NCBI RefSeq assembly: GCF_023055435.1
Contig: NW_025963835.1
Coordinates: forward strand, 11,408,001 to 11,472,000
Direction: 5' to 3'
Source of the DNA: Haliotis rufescens
Lineage: Eukaryota
DNA: 64,000 nt
A program made the position numbers and the translations under genes. The notes below the pieces were generated by a model, which worked only from the letters and a program-made list of their open reading frames with translations, did no database searches and was not told the origin of the DNA. The first letter of the stretch is position 1. Each line of letters begins with the position of its first letter. Shown here piece after piece: positions 27,482 to 38,621 of the stretch.

Positions 27482-27761
27482 GTGAGTGAGTGAGTTGGGT
27501 TTAACGCCGCTTTTAACATTATTCCAGTTATATCACGGCGTGTCAGCTTAATGTGGGAGGAAAGCCCGAAGTGATGCAGGTCTCAGACGTTTACCACTTC
27601 GGTGAAACCCACGAGCACGGGTATGGTGCTGACAAACCTAGAGACATAATAGGGGCGAACCGGGATTCGAACCCACAATCATAGGTTTCTGGCGTGCCCA
27701 AGGGACGCAACTCTGCACAGCGAATCGCGGCGCCTGAGACGACTGGGCCACCCGTGCCCCC
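27482..27761 (-). mobile_element. tRNA-derived SINE family B (~280 bp)
   Basis: A-box TGGCCCAGTCG, B-box GGTTCGAATCC, (CACT)n tail; close copy at 37103-37381. Confidence 0.9.
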
Positions 27762-27855
27762 TGTTTTTTTAAGGAAAATTCGGAAATAACAATTGGGTAA
27801 GTGCAGTAACATTTGAAAAAGATGCTTGTGGTCCTATGCCATGTAACCAATATAC

Positions 27856-28022
27856 GGGGGCTGTCGGGTAGCCTAGTGGTTAAAGAGTTCGCTTGTCACG
27901 CCGAAGACCCGGGTTCGATTCCCGACATAGGTACAATGTGTGAAGCCCATTTCTGGTGTCCCCCGCCGTGATATTGCTGGAATATTGCTAGAAGCGGCGT
28001 AAAACCATATTCACTCACTCAC
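27856..28022 (+). mobile_element. SINE family A copy
   Basis: A and B boxes; 12-bp TSD TGTAACCAATAT (27842-27853 and 28023-28034). Confidence 0.93.
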
Positions 28023-28835
28023 TGTAACCAATATCTTTCTCAAATTGTAACAATTCAGTGCTGTAGTGAGTGAATGAATCAAATGTTTACCGACATTATT
28101 TTTTCAGTGTTGAAATGGATCTGACACAAGTTAACACCACATAACAGGCATTCTCCGAAAGCACTTTCCACAACAGATAAGTAGAGTAACTCCGAATAAC
28201 TATAATTTTCACAGGGAAAGGGAGGTTTTGAAAAACATCGTATTGCTGCACATCTTTTCGCCCTTTAGCAACGTACGATTGCGCTGGTTCAGTACGCCAA
28301 TAGCTGCATTATACCGTGCTAAAGTGTAAATGTTTTTATGTTTATCATTACAAGTATATGTTTACAAATTACATTGAATGGTCCTGTGGCATATGAAAAT
28401 ACGTTAAAAGATTATCTCTTTTGTTATCCTGCCTGCCATACACACACGCACGCACGTGCACACACACGCACACACATTGTATGATAAATAATGAAAGAAC
28501 TTTCTCGGGGGTTCCTTGACTAGCAAATATGCTCATTATTTATTTAAATTGACATACGAAGTTTCTAATTGGAAGAGCCAACATTGGTATAATAGCCAAT
28601 GGGTCCTACGCAGGGTGACCAACACCAGTACGTTTAGAGAGAAATGTTTATTATGTTCTTGTTTGAATGGTTGAAAGCAAAGTAAACATATGACGCAGAA
28701 TGTCAGAACTTATCTATCAGGAAAGAATTATATAACGTGTGGGGTACAGTTGAGTTTAATGTCATATTCTTATGAATATCGATGGGACTCGCAGTGCACA
28801 TTATTTGCGTCAATTCTCAATTGGTATGCCTATAG

Positions 28836-28984
28836 GTGCTCGTGGGTTTCAAGAACGTGGTAAACATCTGAGACCTGTGGCATTGCGGACATTACTCGCA
28901 CATTCAGCTGACCCGCCGTGATATAACTGGAATACTGTCCAAAGCGGCGTTAAACCCGACACACTCACTCACTCACTCACTCAT
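28836..28984 (+). mobile_element. 5'-truncated SINE family B copy
   Basis: GCTCGTGGGTTTC...CGCCGTGATATAACTGGAATA...(CACT)n. Confidence 0.8.
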
Positions 28985-29731
28985 TCGTATGCGTATAGAA
29001 CGCAATATTTTGCGACCGGTTAAACCCTGCTGTCAGATAAATTATCGTACAATTTGAAATTCCAAGTTAATAATCTGCGCATGTCTATTAGTTTATTCTT
29101 CATTCTCTGATACCATTTTGACCGAATTCAAAACGTAAGTGAACAACAATACACGTGGAGACATACGTCATCCTTCCGCCAACTTATAGGTAATACATTT
29201 CTATAATAATGATAAAGGTTATGATTCGGATGTCCGGAGTTAACGGATATGTCGGTTGTGTTGCAGGAGAAATCGTATGACCGTTATTTCTGTGACTCTA
29301 CAGTAAAGCATCAACTATCTGTTACTCTCACACACTAAATATCAAATACCTAAAGTTTGCTGAATGTTTTAATTTCTCTTCAAGTGAATATCTTATCGTA
29401 CTTATAAAAGTGTTTAAAACTAACATGTTGACCATTCTCCTATATTTAAGACATTCGCGTGTTTGGCTGTTAAAACACTTTATCATCCAAAACTGGCTCC
29501 CACAGGAGATATTGCTTGGATGAGATCAAGCGATATCTACACTGTAGATATCGCTGCAATGAAATTACATAACAATGCTTTGCAGACCATTGTGACGTCA
29601 CTGGTTACCATGACGTCACATTCAAATGGCATCACTAATGGCTCTGCTACTGAAGCTGTTTGCAATACTTTTTACACTGAAGACACTGCCTACAAATTGA
29701 AAAAGTTGAAAGAATGATGGATGATAAATAA

Positions 29732-29880
29732 AATCTCACCCTCGTGTCTTTTGATATCAAATATATCAACACTCGTTGATAAAAGTGGCAAAAATCCTCG
29801 GCGAGCCTCGGAATTTTTCCACTTTTATCAACTCGTGTTGATATATTTGATCAAAAGACACTCGGGTGAGATTCTCTATT
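29732..29880. repeat. ~140-bp imperfect palindrome with three CTCG/CTCG internal loops; probable terminus of a non-autonomous element
   Basis: Arms 29732-29801 and 29806-29873 are reverse complements except at the CTCG positions and small indels. Confidence 0.85.
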
Positions 29881-30929
29881 TCACCTCCATACATCTAGAA
29901 TGTTGTGCACGGGGAACAACTACATTGTTGTTTCTAAACACGCACAAGAGCTATACTTCTCGTGTTTTAAACAGCACAATGACGTCCTGACGGATTATTG
30001 TTTCTAAACCCGCACCGGGGCTACTTCTTTATGAAGCATATACCTCACAACATTCGTAAATGTCTTACTTTTAATAAGTAACGAATTCGGGGAAATAAAT
30101 AACATGGAAACCTATTTCTTTTATCACGCAGCGAAAACACTTCAAGCTCCAACCTTCAAAACAGGTTGTTGGTCAGATAGCCATACAATTTCAACCTGCT
30201 GTACGCTGTTTAGCAACTCACACTTTCGGGTGTTAATTAAGATGTGTTTAATCAACAGCAACACTGAATATGACAACGCATTATATGATTAAGACTTGCA
30301 TATGAAACATTAAATGTCATACACTGATACCAGTGAAGATGGTTGACATCATGAACATCGACGCACGCAATCGGGGTACGACATGCCATCAACCAATATA
30401 CTACTTACTAGTATTCTTACCAGGAATCCCCACCGGTAACCAGTCTTTGAACATGTGCATCAGTTCCAGTGGGCACCCAGGTAGGGGAAGTAACTCGGTC
30501 TTCCGCGTGATGAACAAACACTAACCATTAGCCTACCTAGTGACCCTCGGTATTCAGAACGTCGCTGTGTAAGCGCAATCATCTTGGACGGGACGTTAAA
30601 CCCCATTTCACCCCACATCAGTATTCAGAAATCGAAGGTTGTTTCAAAAGAGCAATAAACAATTGTCGTTACCTGCACGTGAAAGTGTTACTTTTTTGTA
30701 ACTCATAAACTTGTGATACTTTGGTCTGTGTTTACCAGCTCGTGCAATATTTACCCTTGTCCTGATATTGTTTTCATTTGTTATGCCAAAATCGTTCATC
30801 ATAGTGTTGCCTTAGACGACTTCTGGGTGTGCTTATTTTCATGTCTAGTTTGGAAAGGGATGGCTTCATGTGGGTGACCAACTCAACAGTTGCCCTAAGC
30901 ATACACGAAATATCAGCTTTATAAACTAG

Positions 30930-30935
30930 TTTATT
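30930..30935 (-). terminator. Candidate TAO polyadenylation signal (3'UTR about 2.4 kb)
   Basis: AATAAA on the - strand at the end of a stretch without recognisable repeats downstream of the stop. Confidence 0.35.
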
Positions 30936-33344
30936 GAAGGCATCTCATATTTCGTTGTATGTGCCGACAAAAACATACCAATGTTAATTAGACAAACTGT
31001 TTTCCAAAGAAAGAGACTGTCTCATCAGTCTTCCATGTAATCAGACTCATCTTAAGCTACTTATGTTAAAATTGAAGTATATTGTAAATAAAGTAGATTA
31101 ATTAATCAGTAAAAAAGATAATATCAGATTGTAAACAGAAGAAGGGTGAAATTGCCAATAATCAAACCAATTTTCTAAATATTTCAATCTTTCAGAAATG
31201 AGCTTGATTAAAAGGGCCATTATTTTCCTATTATATACACCAGGTAGGTAGTTTTTGTTCTGTGAATAACGGATCATGATACGTACACAACTCGTATCTC
31301 ATGCTTTAATGATGAAGAGATAACAGTATTTACGTGAAACCCCGACTCATTTCGCACTAGTTCTCCCAGCAGCTAAACTGATATCTAGTTTTCCCACCGC
31401 TTGGGACATGCAGGCTGGTGCCGTATGTCCAACTCTACTGTGTGTTTGTGTGCATAGGAATGACCGGAATAATCACACAAGTGCAAAGACAATTGTTTAA
31501 ATGTGGTTGTTTTTCAAGATGGTTGTGTATCAAATGACAAACCATTTCTTAAATCAAAACATTTAAGTAAAAGATCGTACCTGGATGAAAAATTAAACTA
31601 TGCCAAAAGACATATATGTTATTCTGAAACTATGGCGAGTGATGGGCAAAACTGACATTTTGTTTTACATATTGCAGTCATGCATAAATTCGGATCGGAA
31701 TTACGTTTCAGACACACCATAGCTGGGATCGTTAATACAAAGCTTCAGCTGCATACACGTTGTAGTCCAAGTGACTAGAACATGCTAATAAGCGAAGCTA
31801 GATGGATAAAATCTTAATATATTTTGGCCTAAGACTAGAGCTATTCATGCGTGCAACATTGTGTGTATGGTCCTGAAAGTGTTGCTCACACTTCGTTTGG
31901 ACTTTGTTGTGACAGATAATATATCAACATCCACTGGACCATTGGCACATGGTTATGCCACACAGGCAACCACATCCAGCAGTAAGAAAGAACACAACCC
32001 GATTGAATTAGGTAATCATTTTAATTGCAATTTTCTTGTTGACAACCAACTGAGTAGTTTATGGCAGAATACATGTATACTGTATACTGTTACACTTGAA
32101 CTAGTGTTGTATGTCAGTCCTAATATTAAAATATCTCACTGGTTGTTTTGCCAGTCAACGTAGGTCCAACAGTAAGCATGTTTGCCTCCATTTGCATGTA
32201 GTCAAGGGAGACAACTCTCCCTGATGGCAGAGTCTGCCGTTGGTACAACAATCACTCCCAAGATTGCATCAAGTAATTAACCTCTTTTACCTTTTTACAA
32301 AATTTATACAATTATTATACATTGTACCTGGACATTGTGCAGGAAATTTGTGATGAACATCACAATCATCACCATCTGCCTGACTGCAGATTGAAGCCTA
32401 TTCCATGAAGAGTATATTTGGGTTCAGAAATGAGTTAAGTCGCAACAGGTCTAGTGTCACCCTTATGCTAACTGTTAGTTCACAATGGCCTACGCAATTA
32501 CAAATAACACAGAAATCAACAGAATAATCACTTATCACTATTCCATGTACAAAATATGAGGTAAATTCTGAATTCAAATTAAATTGAATGCATGTGAATT
32601 GAAAGAACATGCAAAAATGTAATAAGTTTTCAGAATGCTACCACAGGCCAATAATTTATGCTTAGCTATCTCAGTCTTTGAGCAACTTAGACAAGATCCT
32701 AAGTCGAAGTCTTTGATAAATATCTTAGGGTTACAGGGTAATGCTTAAAGTAGTTAGCTGCTAATTCAGTAGGTACCCCTTGGGCTTTCCCTGGTTTCGA
32801 ATGGTCACTTGCTTATGTCATGAATATATAATGGAGTGACCATCTTAGGCTATATATGTATGCTTTCTGAAGAGGGTATATATACATTGTAAGAGATAGT
32901 CGTTGGCCAGGTTGCCACAGTAAGAATGGCATAACTCTGCTCAATCTCTGGTACATCGGTCTCATTAAGAGGAAGCCTGAGAATTAAAGGGATGAGACTG
33001 TGTGGCTAGTCCCGTAGGGTGGGCGTGTTCACCCAGTATTATCACCGTTTAGCACATAATGGACCCCGGCACGCACTCCCCCACCTCCGGTCAGTCGCAT
33101 CGTCGTCACCGCCGCCGCTGTCTCTATCACACTGTCACATATTGCCACGTAAAGAAGACCAGGCCAGGCATCCAATATCACCGTCCTTGAGCCGCGGGTC
33201 TTCCATACACTGGTGGAGCATCCACATGTGCTTCAGGCACACTCTGGTAGTTCTGCTCATATTTATATATCTACAGACACCCAGGCACCTGCTGGGGATC
33301 AGGGGGAGGGGGAGGGGGACAGTAAACTTAAGACTGAGCTGTAG

Positions 33345-33584
33345 TTATGTGGGCACCTGGGAGGAGAAAGAACTACTACTGCTACTTCCACTAAGGCTCA
33401 GCATGCTCCCCCGATAACTCATGTCATCATCAGGGATGTTAGATGCCTCTGCTATCTCCATTGCATTAAGTCCGAGACTTGTTGTCTCAATATCAAATTC
33501 CTCCACCTCTCTTGTCTGCTTCTCATGTAACTGGCGCTTCTTGTCCCCTTCTTCCTTGTGAAGGGTCACCCGTTCCTCATCCAT
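33345..33584 (-). CDS. TAOK: TAO terminal coding exon MDEERVTLHKE...SSSFSSQVPT*
   Basis: cag|ATG GAT ... ACA TAA; 240 nt. Confidence 0.92.
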   Translation of the reverse strand: MDEERVTLHKEEGDKKRQLHEKQTREVEEFDIETTSLGLNAMEIAEASNIPDDDMSYRGSMLSLSGSSSSSSFSSQVPT

Positions 33585-33951
33585 CTGTGGACAAAACACA
33601 ACATGAATATCATCAAGGCAGGCTAGACACCATCAGAATGTGGTTTACCGATGAATGATCACTATCAATAATAACTCTCTATCCATGCCATGATGAATGT
33701 CAAAAATCATTAGTATAGATTGTTGAGAAATATACTAACTGATACCAAACTGTATTCAAAATGTTCATTTATTTCTTTGTAAATAACTACACAGACACAT
33801 TCACCCTTAGTTTGCAACCGATCAAGTATTTTCATTTTTAGACCAAGGTACTTCAAGTTTCCAATCAAATCTTTTGACATGCACTCCCTGAACAAACACG
33901 GAAAGACAATAATCATCACCATGGATGAAACAAACTGATAATGATCAATGA

Positions 33952-34122
33952 GTGAGTGGGTGAGTGAGTCTGATTTTACGCCGCTTTTAGCACTATTCCA
34001 GCAATATCACAGCGGGGGACACCAGAAATGGGCTTCACACATTGTACCAATGTCGGGAATCGAACCCAGGTCTTCGGCGTGACAAGTGAACGCTTTGACC
34101 ACCGGGCTACCCGACCGCCCCC
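33952..34122 (-). mobile_element. SINE family A copy in the last TAO intron
   Basis: 12-bp TSD AATGATCAATGA (33940-33951 and 34123-34134). Confidence 0.93.
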
Positions 34123-34484
34123 AATGATCAATGACAAAAGTCCCAACAGAATCCCAAAACCACCAGAGCTAATTCACTTCCTTAATTCATATTAAACTAA
34201 GTGTTTATGTAATATTACCGCAATTTGGGGGATACAACTAAAGTGATCTCACAAATAGAAATATACAGATTTTGGTCTTTTATCTTTAAATTGAAAGATG
34301 AGTTGAGCAAGCATTCAAATAACAAATTACCAAAAATATTACAAGATAGACAAAAAAGAGAAAAGGACAATGGGACAACTCTAAAACAAACCCATGACTG
34401 CTCCTGGCTGAGTAAAGGAACACAACAGCAGGTTGCCTCAGACCATTCAGCCACCCCTGTTCTAAGCAAGAGGAGTTTACTGAC

Positions 34485-34667
34485 CTTCTGTTCCAGTAGT
34501 GCTCTCCTGAGGGACACACGTTCTTCCAACTGTTTCTTCTCCCGCTGGTGTTGCGCCTCGGTTTGCATGCGGATCTTACTCTGGTAGGCCATCAACAGTT
34601 CCAGCTCCTGTTGTAGCCTCTGCTTCAGATCATGGACCTGAGCGACCTGCGACTCGTCAAGACGCAC
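34485..34667 (-). CDS. TAOK: TAO coding exon 16 VRLDESQ...[12 protein letters not shown]
   Basis: cag|GTG ... AAG|gtcagt; 183 nt. Confidence 0.95.
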
Positions 34668-35060
34668 CTGTCATATACACAAGGTCATGAAGTCATGGGC
34701 CGGAGAGAGACATGAGCATATCACAAGCTGATGCAAAAACATTCCAGTTATACCCAAGTGAGCATTGTGAAACATCCTAAACAATGCTGACTGTTGTCAA
34801 TGTTATGATATAACATTCTTGCACAGTACCTCCAATAAGGTATGACAATACACACTAATGACTTGTCATACAGAGTTTGCCTAGGCTCAGAAGATTGTCT
34901 CAATTAGTTGAGTTCAACATACACAATCACTAATAAACACCACAGTGTAAGACTTTTTCTCAATTGAACAAACTAGGTCATATAATAAGTTGATATACTT
35001 TTCATCCATGCATACAAAAGTACCAATATCTGTCTGTACACCTTTAAATGTGTGACTCAC

Positions 35061-35273
35061 ATTCTGCTGCTGCAACATATCTGCAATGCTGGCCTCGTAC
35101 TGATCCCCGAGTTGGGCCAGCTTCCTCATCTGTTCATCCTTCAGCTTTTTCACCACGGCCTTCTGTTCCGCCTTGGGTGTGTTCTGGAGGATGTGTTCCT
35201 TCAAGGCCTTGTACTGCCGCTGCTGCGTCTTCACAGCGTCGTCAAACTGCCGCCGTATTAACACCACTTTTTG
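35061..35273 (-). CDS. TAOK: TAO coding exon 15 QKVVLIRRQFDDAVK...MLQQQN
   Basis: cag|CAA ... AAT|gtgagt; 213 nt. Confidence 0.94.
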
Positions 35274-35590
35274 CTGAAGGAGAAACATCGACTGATGACC
35301 CAGTTTGATACACAGAAAGTGCATGGTGATCAGACACTTCCTCTCTTTCTCTTCAACCCCCCCCCCCCCAAACACCTCAGCTGCCATGCTTACTCAAACT
35401 ATGCCTTTCAGAAATTTATCTTGTGTCAATTCTGGCATTTATTTTGATTTTGTTTTGCTTCCTGAACTGTGGCTTATTGACAAAGAAAGTAAGTAGCAGA
35501 AAGGAAACAAATCTTATAAAAAATGAAAAGCTTCCAAAGATCTTAACTTATAAGACATTATTGTCAACATCTTAACTACACAAGGCACAC

Positions 35591-35830
35591 CTTTAAACTT
35601 CGAGGCTGCTGTTTAACTTCCAAGGCATGTTTTTTCCTGAGGTCTGCTTCAGCATTTATTGTGTATTCTTTCTGATTCTCTCGCTCTGTTTCATGTTGTT
35701 TCCTTAGCTGCTCGTCCCTCATCTTCTGTATGGCCGCCAGATGTTTGTACTCCAGGTCCTGCGTGGACTCATGGTGCCGCACTAGCATTGTGTGTTCATA
35801 CTCTAGCTGTGCCCGACGCTGACCAATCTC
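35591..35830 (-). CDS. TAOK: TAO coding exon 14 EIGQRRAQLEYEHTMLVRHHESTQDLEY...QQPRSLK
   Basis: tag|GAG ... AAG|gtgtgc; 240 nt. Confidence 0.94.
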
Positions 35831-36209
35831 CTACAATAGATAAGATGAGAAACAAAGTCACAAAACAGGGACAGACACAGTTACTGGTCAGATAGTTACA
35901 AGTAAAAGGCACTCATACTGAGTAAGGTGGGTACAACCAGACAGACTATTCTATCCCCAATAAGCTGGTAATTTATACAACAAGCATGAGGTACTGGGAA
36001 CCTTTTCTGACCTGGAATCATCACAGTGTCTAAAAGCCAGAAAGAGCAATGGATATAAATTTCCTTTTTCAAAAGCCAGAGGAGAGCTAGAGAAGTATAA
36101 CATTGGAGCTGCTTGCTTGTGTTGTCAAGGCTCCAGTAGGTAATCCATGTACTGAAAATGGAGCTAATGATAATTGAATCCCTCCAAGGTCCGAGGTCCT
36201 GTAGCTCAC

Positions 36210-36407
36210 CTCCTTCAAGAGCTTTTGTTCCAGCTGGTGGAACTGTAGGACCTTCTTCCTGCGGAACTTCCTCAGCTGAAACTCTGTGGTGTCCTTCTGC
36301 TGCTTCTCCAGTTTGAACTCTGCGTCCTTCTGCTGCCGCAGCATCTTTTCCTTGTAGTTCCTCATTGTGTCCTCGCGCTCCTTCTTAGGTGTGGCATCAT
36401 CCAAGTC
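36210..36407 (-). CDS. TAOK: TAO coding exon 13 DLDDATPKKERE...LEQKLLKE
   Basis: cag|GAC ... GAG|gtgagc; 198 nt. Confidence 0.94.
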
Positions 36408-36957
36408 CTGCAACAACTCATCCGACTTAGTGCCAATCCATACCATCTACCTCACTGCATTAGTTTCAGAATGAGTTTGTTTTGATTCTTAAACACAATT
36501 TTAGTTATAAAAACATGTCAGCTTAATGTGTGATGGTAACTCTGATTGCTTAAACTCACGAAAACTGGTATGATGCAGACAGACCAAGGTTAATAATCAG
36601 AGCAATTTGGGACTTCATAAACAGCTGATCCTGGGATAACTAAGGTACGCAACTCTGTGCAATGGGATCTACAACTGAGACTAATGGGCCTCTCATGACC
36701 CAGAAGTTAGGGAGGTAAGCATGGTGAGTGATCAAAATTTGTATATGGCATTAGCAGTATTTCAGAGAGAGGTTTCAGTTTCTTGAGTGTTTTCTTTAAT
36801 TAGGGTTACATTAAGAACGGGTTTCACACATTGTACCCATGTGGGGAATTAAAGCAGGGTTATTGGTCAAGATGAGCCAAAACTAACTACTGCCCCATGT
36901 TATAAAGTGCATACAGAGAACACACACACACAATACAGAATGTGATCCTCAACTCAC

Positions 36958-37086
36958 TTTCTTCTTCCTCTCCTTATCTGTTTTGTAGTTCTTCTTCATC
37001 AGCAGGCTGAAGTTCCTTTTCTCACTGTCGTGAGCCTGGTTCATGTCCTTCCTCATCTTCCTCTCCTGAGCTTGGTTGGTTCTTTG
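36958..37086 (-). CDS. TAOK: TAO coding exon 12 QRTNQAQERKMRK...DKERKKK
   Basis: cag|CAA ... AAA|gtgagt; 129 nt. Confidence 0.92.
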
Positions 37087-37102
37087 CTGTAACAGGTAAG
37101 AG

Positions 37103-37381
37103 AGAGTGAGTGAGCTGGGTTTAACGCCGCTTTTAACAGTATTCCAGTTATATCACGGCATGTCAGCTTAATGTGGGAGGAAAGCCCGAAGTGATGCAGG
37201 TCTTAGACGTTTACCACTTCGGTGAAACCCTACAGCACGGGTATGGTGCTGACAAGCCTAGAAACATAATAGGGGCGAACTGGGATTCGAACCCACAATC
37301 ATAGGTTTCTGGCGTGCCCAAGGGACGCAACTCTGCACAGCGATTCGCGGCACCTTAGACGACTGGGCCACCCGTGCTCCC
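37103..37381 (-). mobile_element. SINE family B copy inserted beside a TAO splice acceptor
   Basis: TSD GTAA[C/T]AGGTAAGAG (37089-37102 and 37382-37395). Confidence 0.92.
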
Positions 37382-37587
37382 GTAATAGGTAAGAGCAACT
37401 ACCATTGGTCTCTCCGTAAAAGGGAAGCACCAACTGGCTTCACTATCATTGGACTTGAAATGTACATGGTTTAATGGAATTACTTTGATGACTGTATGAA
37501 TAAAAACCGTTGTTGCAGTGGACTACTGATTGTTTAAATAGATGACCCTCTTAACACACTTCAGATTCAACATCAAATATCATGATG

Positions 37588-37856
37588 AATGAGTGAGTTT
37601 GGGTTTAATGCTGCTTTGAACAGTATTTCAGTTACATCACGGCATGTCAGCTTAATGTGGGAGGAAAGCCTGATGTGATACTTGTCTCAGGGTTTGCCAC
37701 TTTGGTGAAACCCAAAAGCATGGTGCTGACAAAGCCAGGAATATAATCAGGCCGGACCAGGATCTGAAATCCACATTCATAGGTTTGTAGCGTATCCAAG
37801 GGACAGAGCTCTGCAGAGTGAATGGTGGCGCCTTAGACGACTGGGCCACCCATGTC
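37588..37856 (-). mobile_element. Older SINE family B copy
   Basis: Colinear with 37103-37381 but diverged. Confidence 0.85.
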
Positions 37857-38024
37857 ATAATACCATGATGAAACATGTTACAACTCAGACATGACCCGCC
37901 CTGTCTGCCCATAGCCTTAGCATGAATACAGGCAATCTTTCATGTGATGGGACTAGTTAGGGTAGAAATGCAAGGTCTTGGTGCATTGTCAAATGTCACC
38001 TTAGTATCTGTAGTACAGACTCAC

Positions 38025-38159
38025 CCCTCGGTCCAGCTCAGATGAATGTTGAATCCTGAGTCTTTCCATTTCTCTTGAGAACCTCTGCCGCAAGCTTTCA
38101 TACTCCCTGTCCAACTTCTGTTTGTGTTCTTCCATTTCAGCCTTGAACCGACTCTCCAT
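38025..38159 (-). CDS. TAOK: TAO coding exon 11 MESRFKAEMEEHKQKLDREYE...ELDRG
   Basis: cag|ATG ... GGG|gtgagt; 135 nt. Confidence 0.93.
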
Positions 38160-38447
38160 CTGCAGTGTCAGAGAGTGGGTGGTGAAAGAGCAACATAACT
38201 GAACAAAATAGGCTCAAATTCACTGATTTATCTGCCCTTAGAAATGTTTCAAGAGGTGAGAGAGTTGGGTCTAATTCCGGTTGGATCAGTATTCAGTCAT
38301 ATCTCCGTATCAGTTTATTGTGAGGGGAAAGCAGGGACCAAACATTTCAAATACCTGTGAGGATCAGTTTGGTGCTGACATAATCATGGGACTTGCCCCC
38401 TAATCCCTTGGGCCTCAAGTTAACAAACGGATAAAAGCATGTGGTAC

Positions 38448-38621
38448 CTGTATCAACTCCTTTTGATGCTGTTTCCGCAAGCGCTTGTAACCCGTAAACT
38501 GTTCCCGGAGCTCATTACTATGTTCATGGTCCTTAATTTCCTTCCTTACGATGGACGGTGTCCGGATGGTGGCAAAGTTGTGTTGGTACAACTCCATACC
38601 TCGAGCACTACTTGCTGATGG
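38448..38621 (-). CDS. TAOK: TAO coding exon 10 PSASSARGMELYQHNFATIRT...HQKELIQ
   Basis: cag|CCA ... CAG|gtacca; 174 nt. Confidence 0.93.

Noticed and set aside
33019-35496. Plus-strand ORFs overlapping TAO exons and 3'UTR
   Set aside because: Antisense shadows of TAO sequence with no recognisable protein features.
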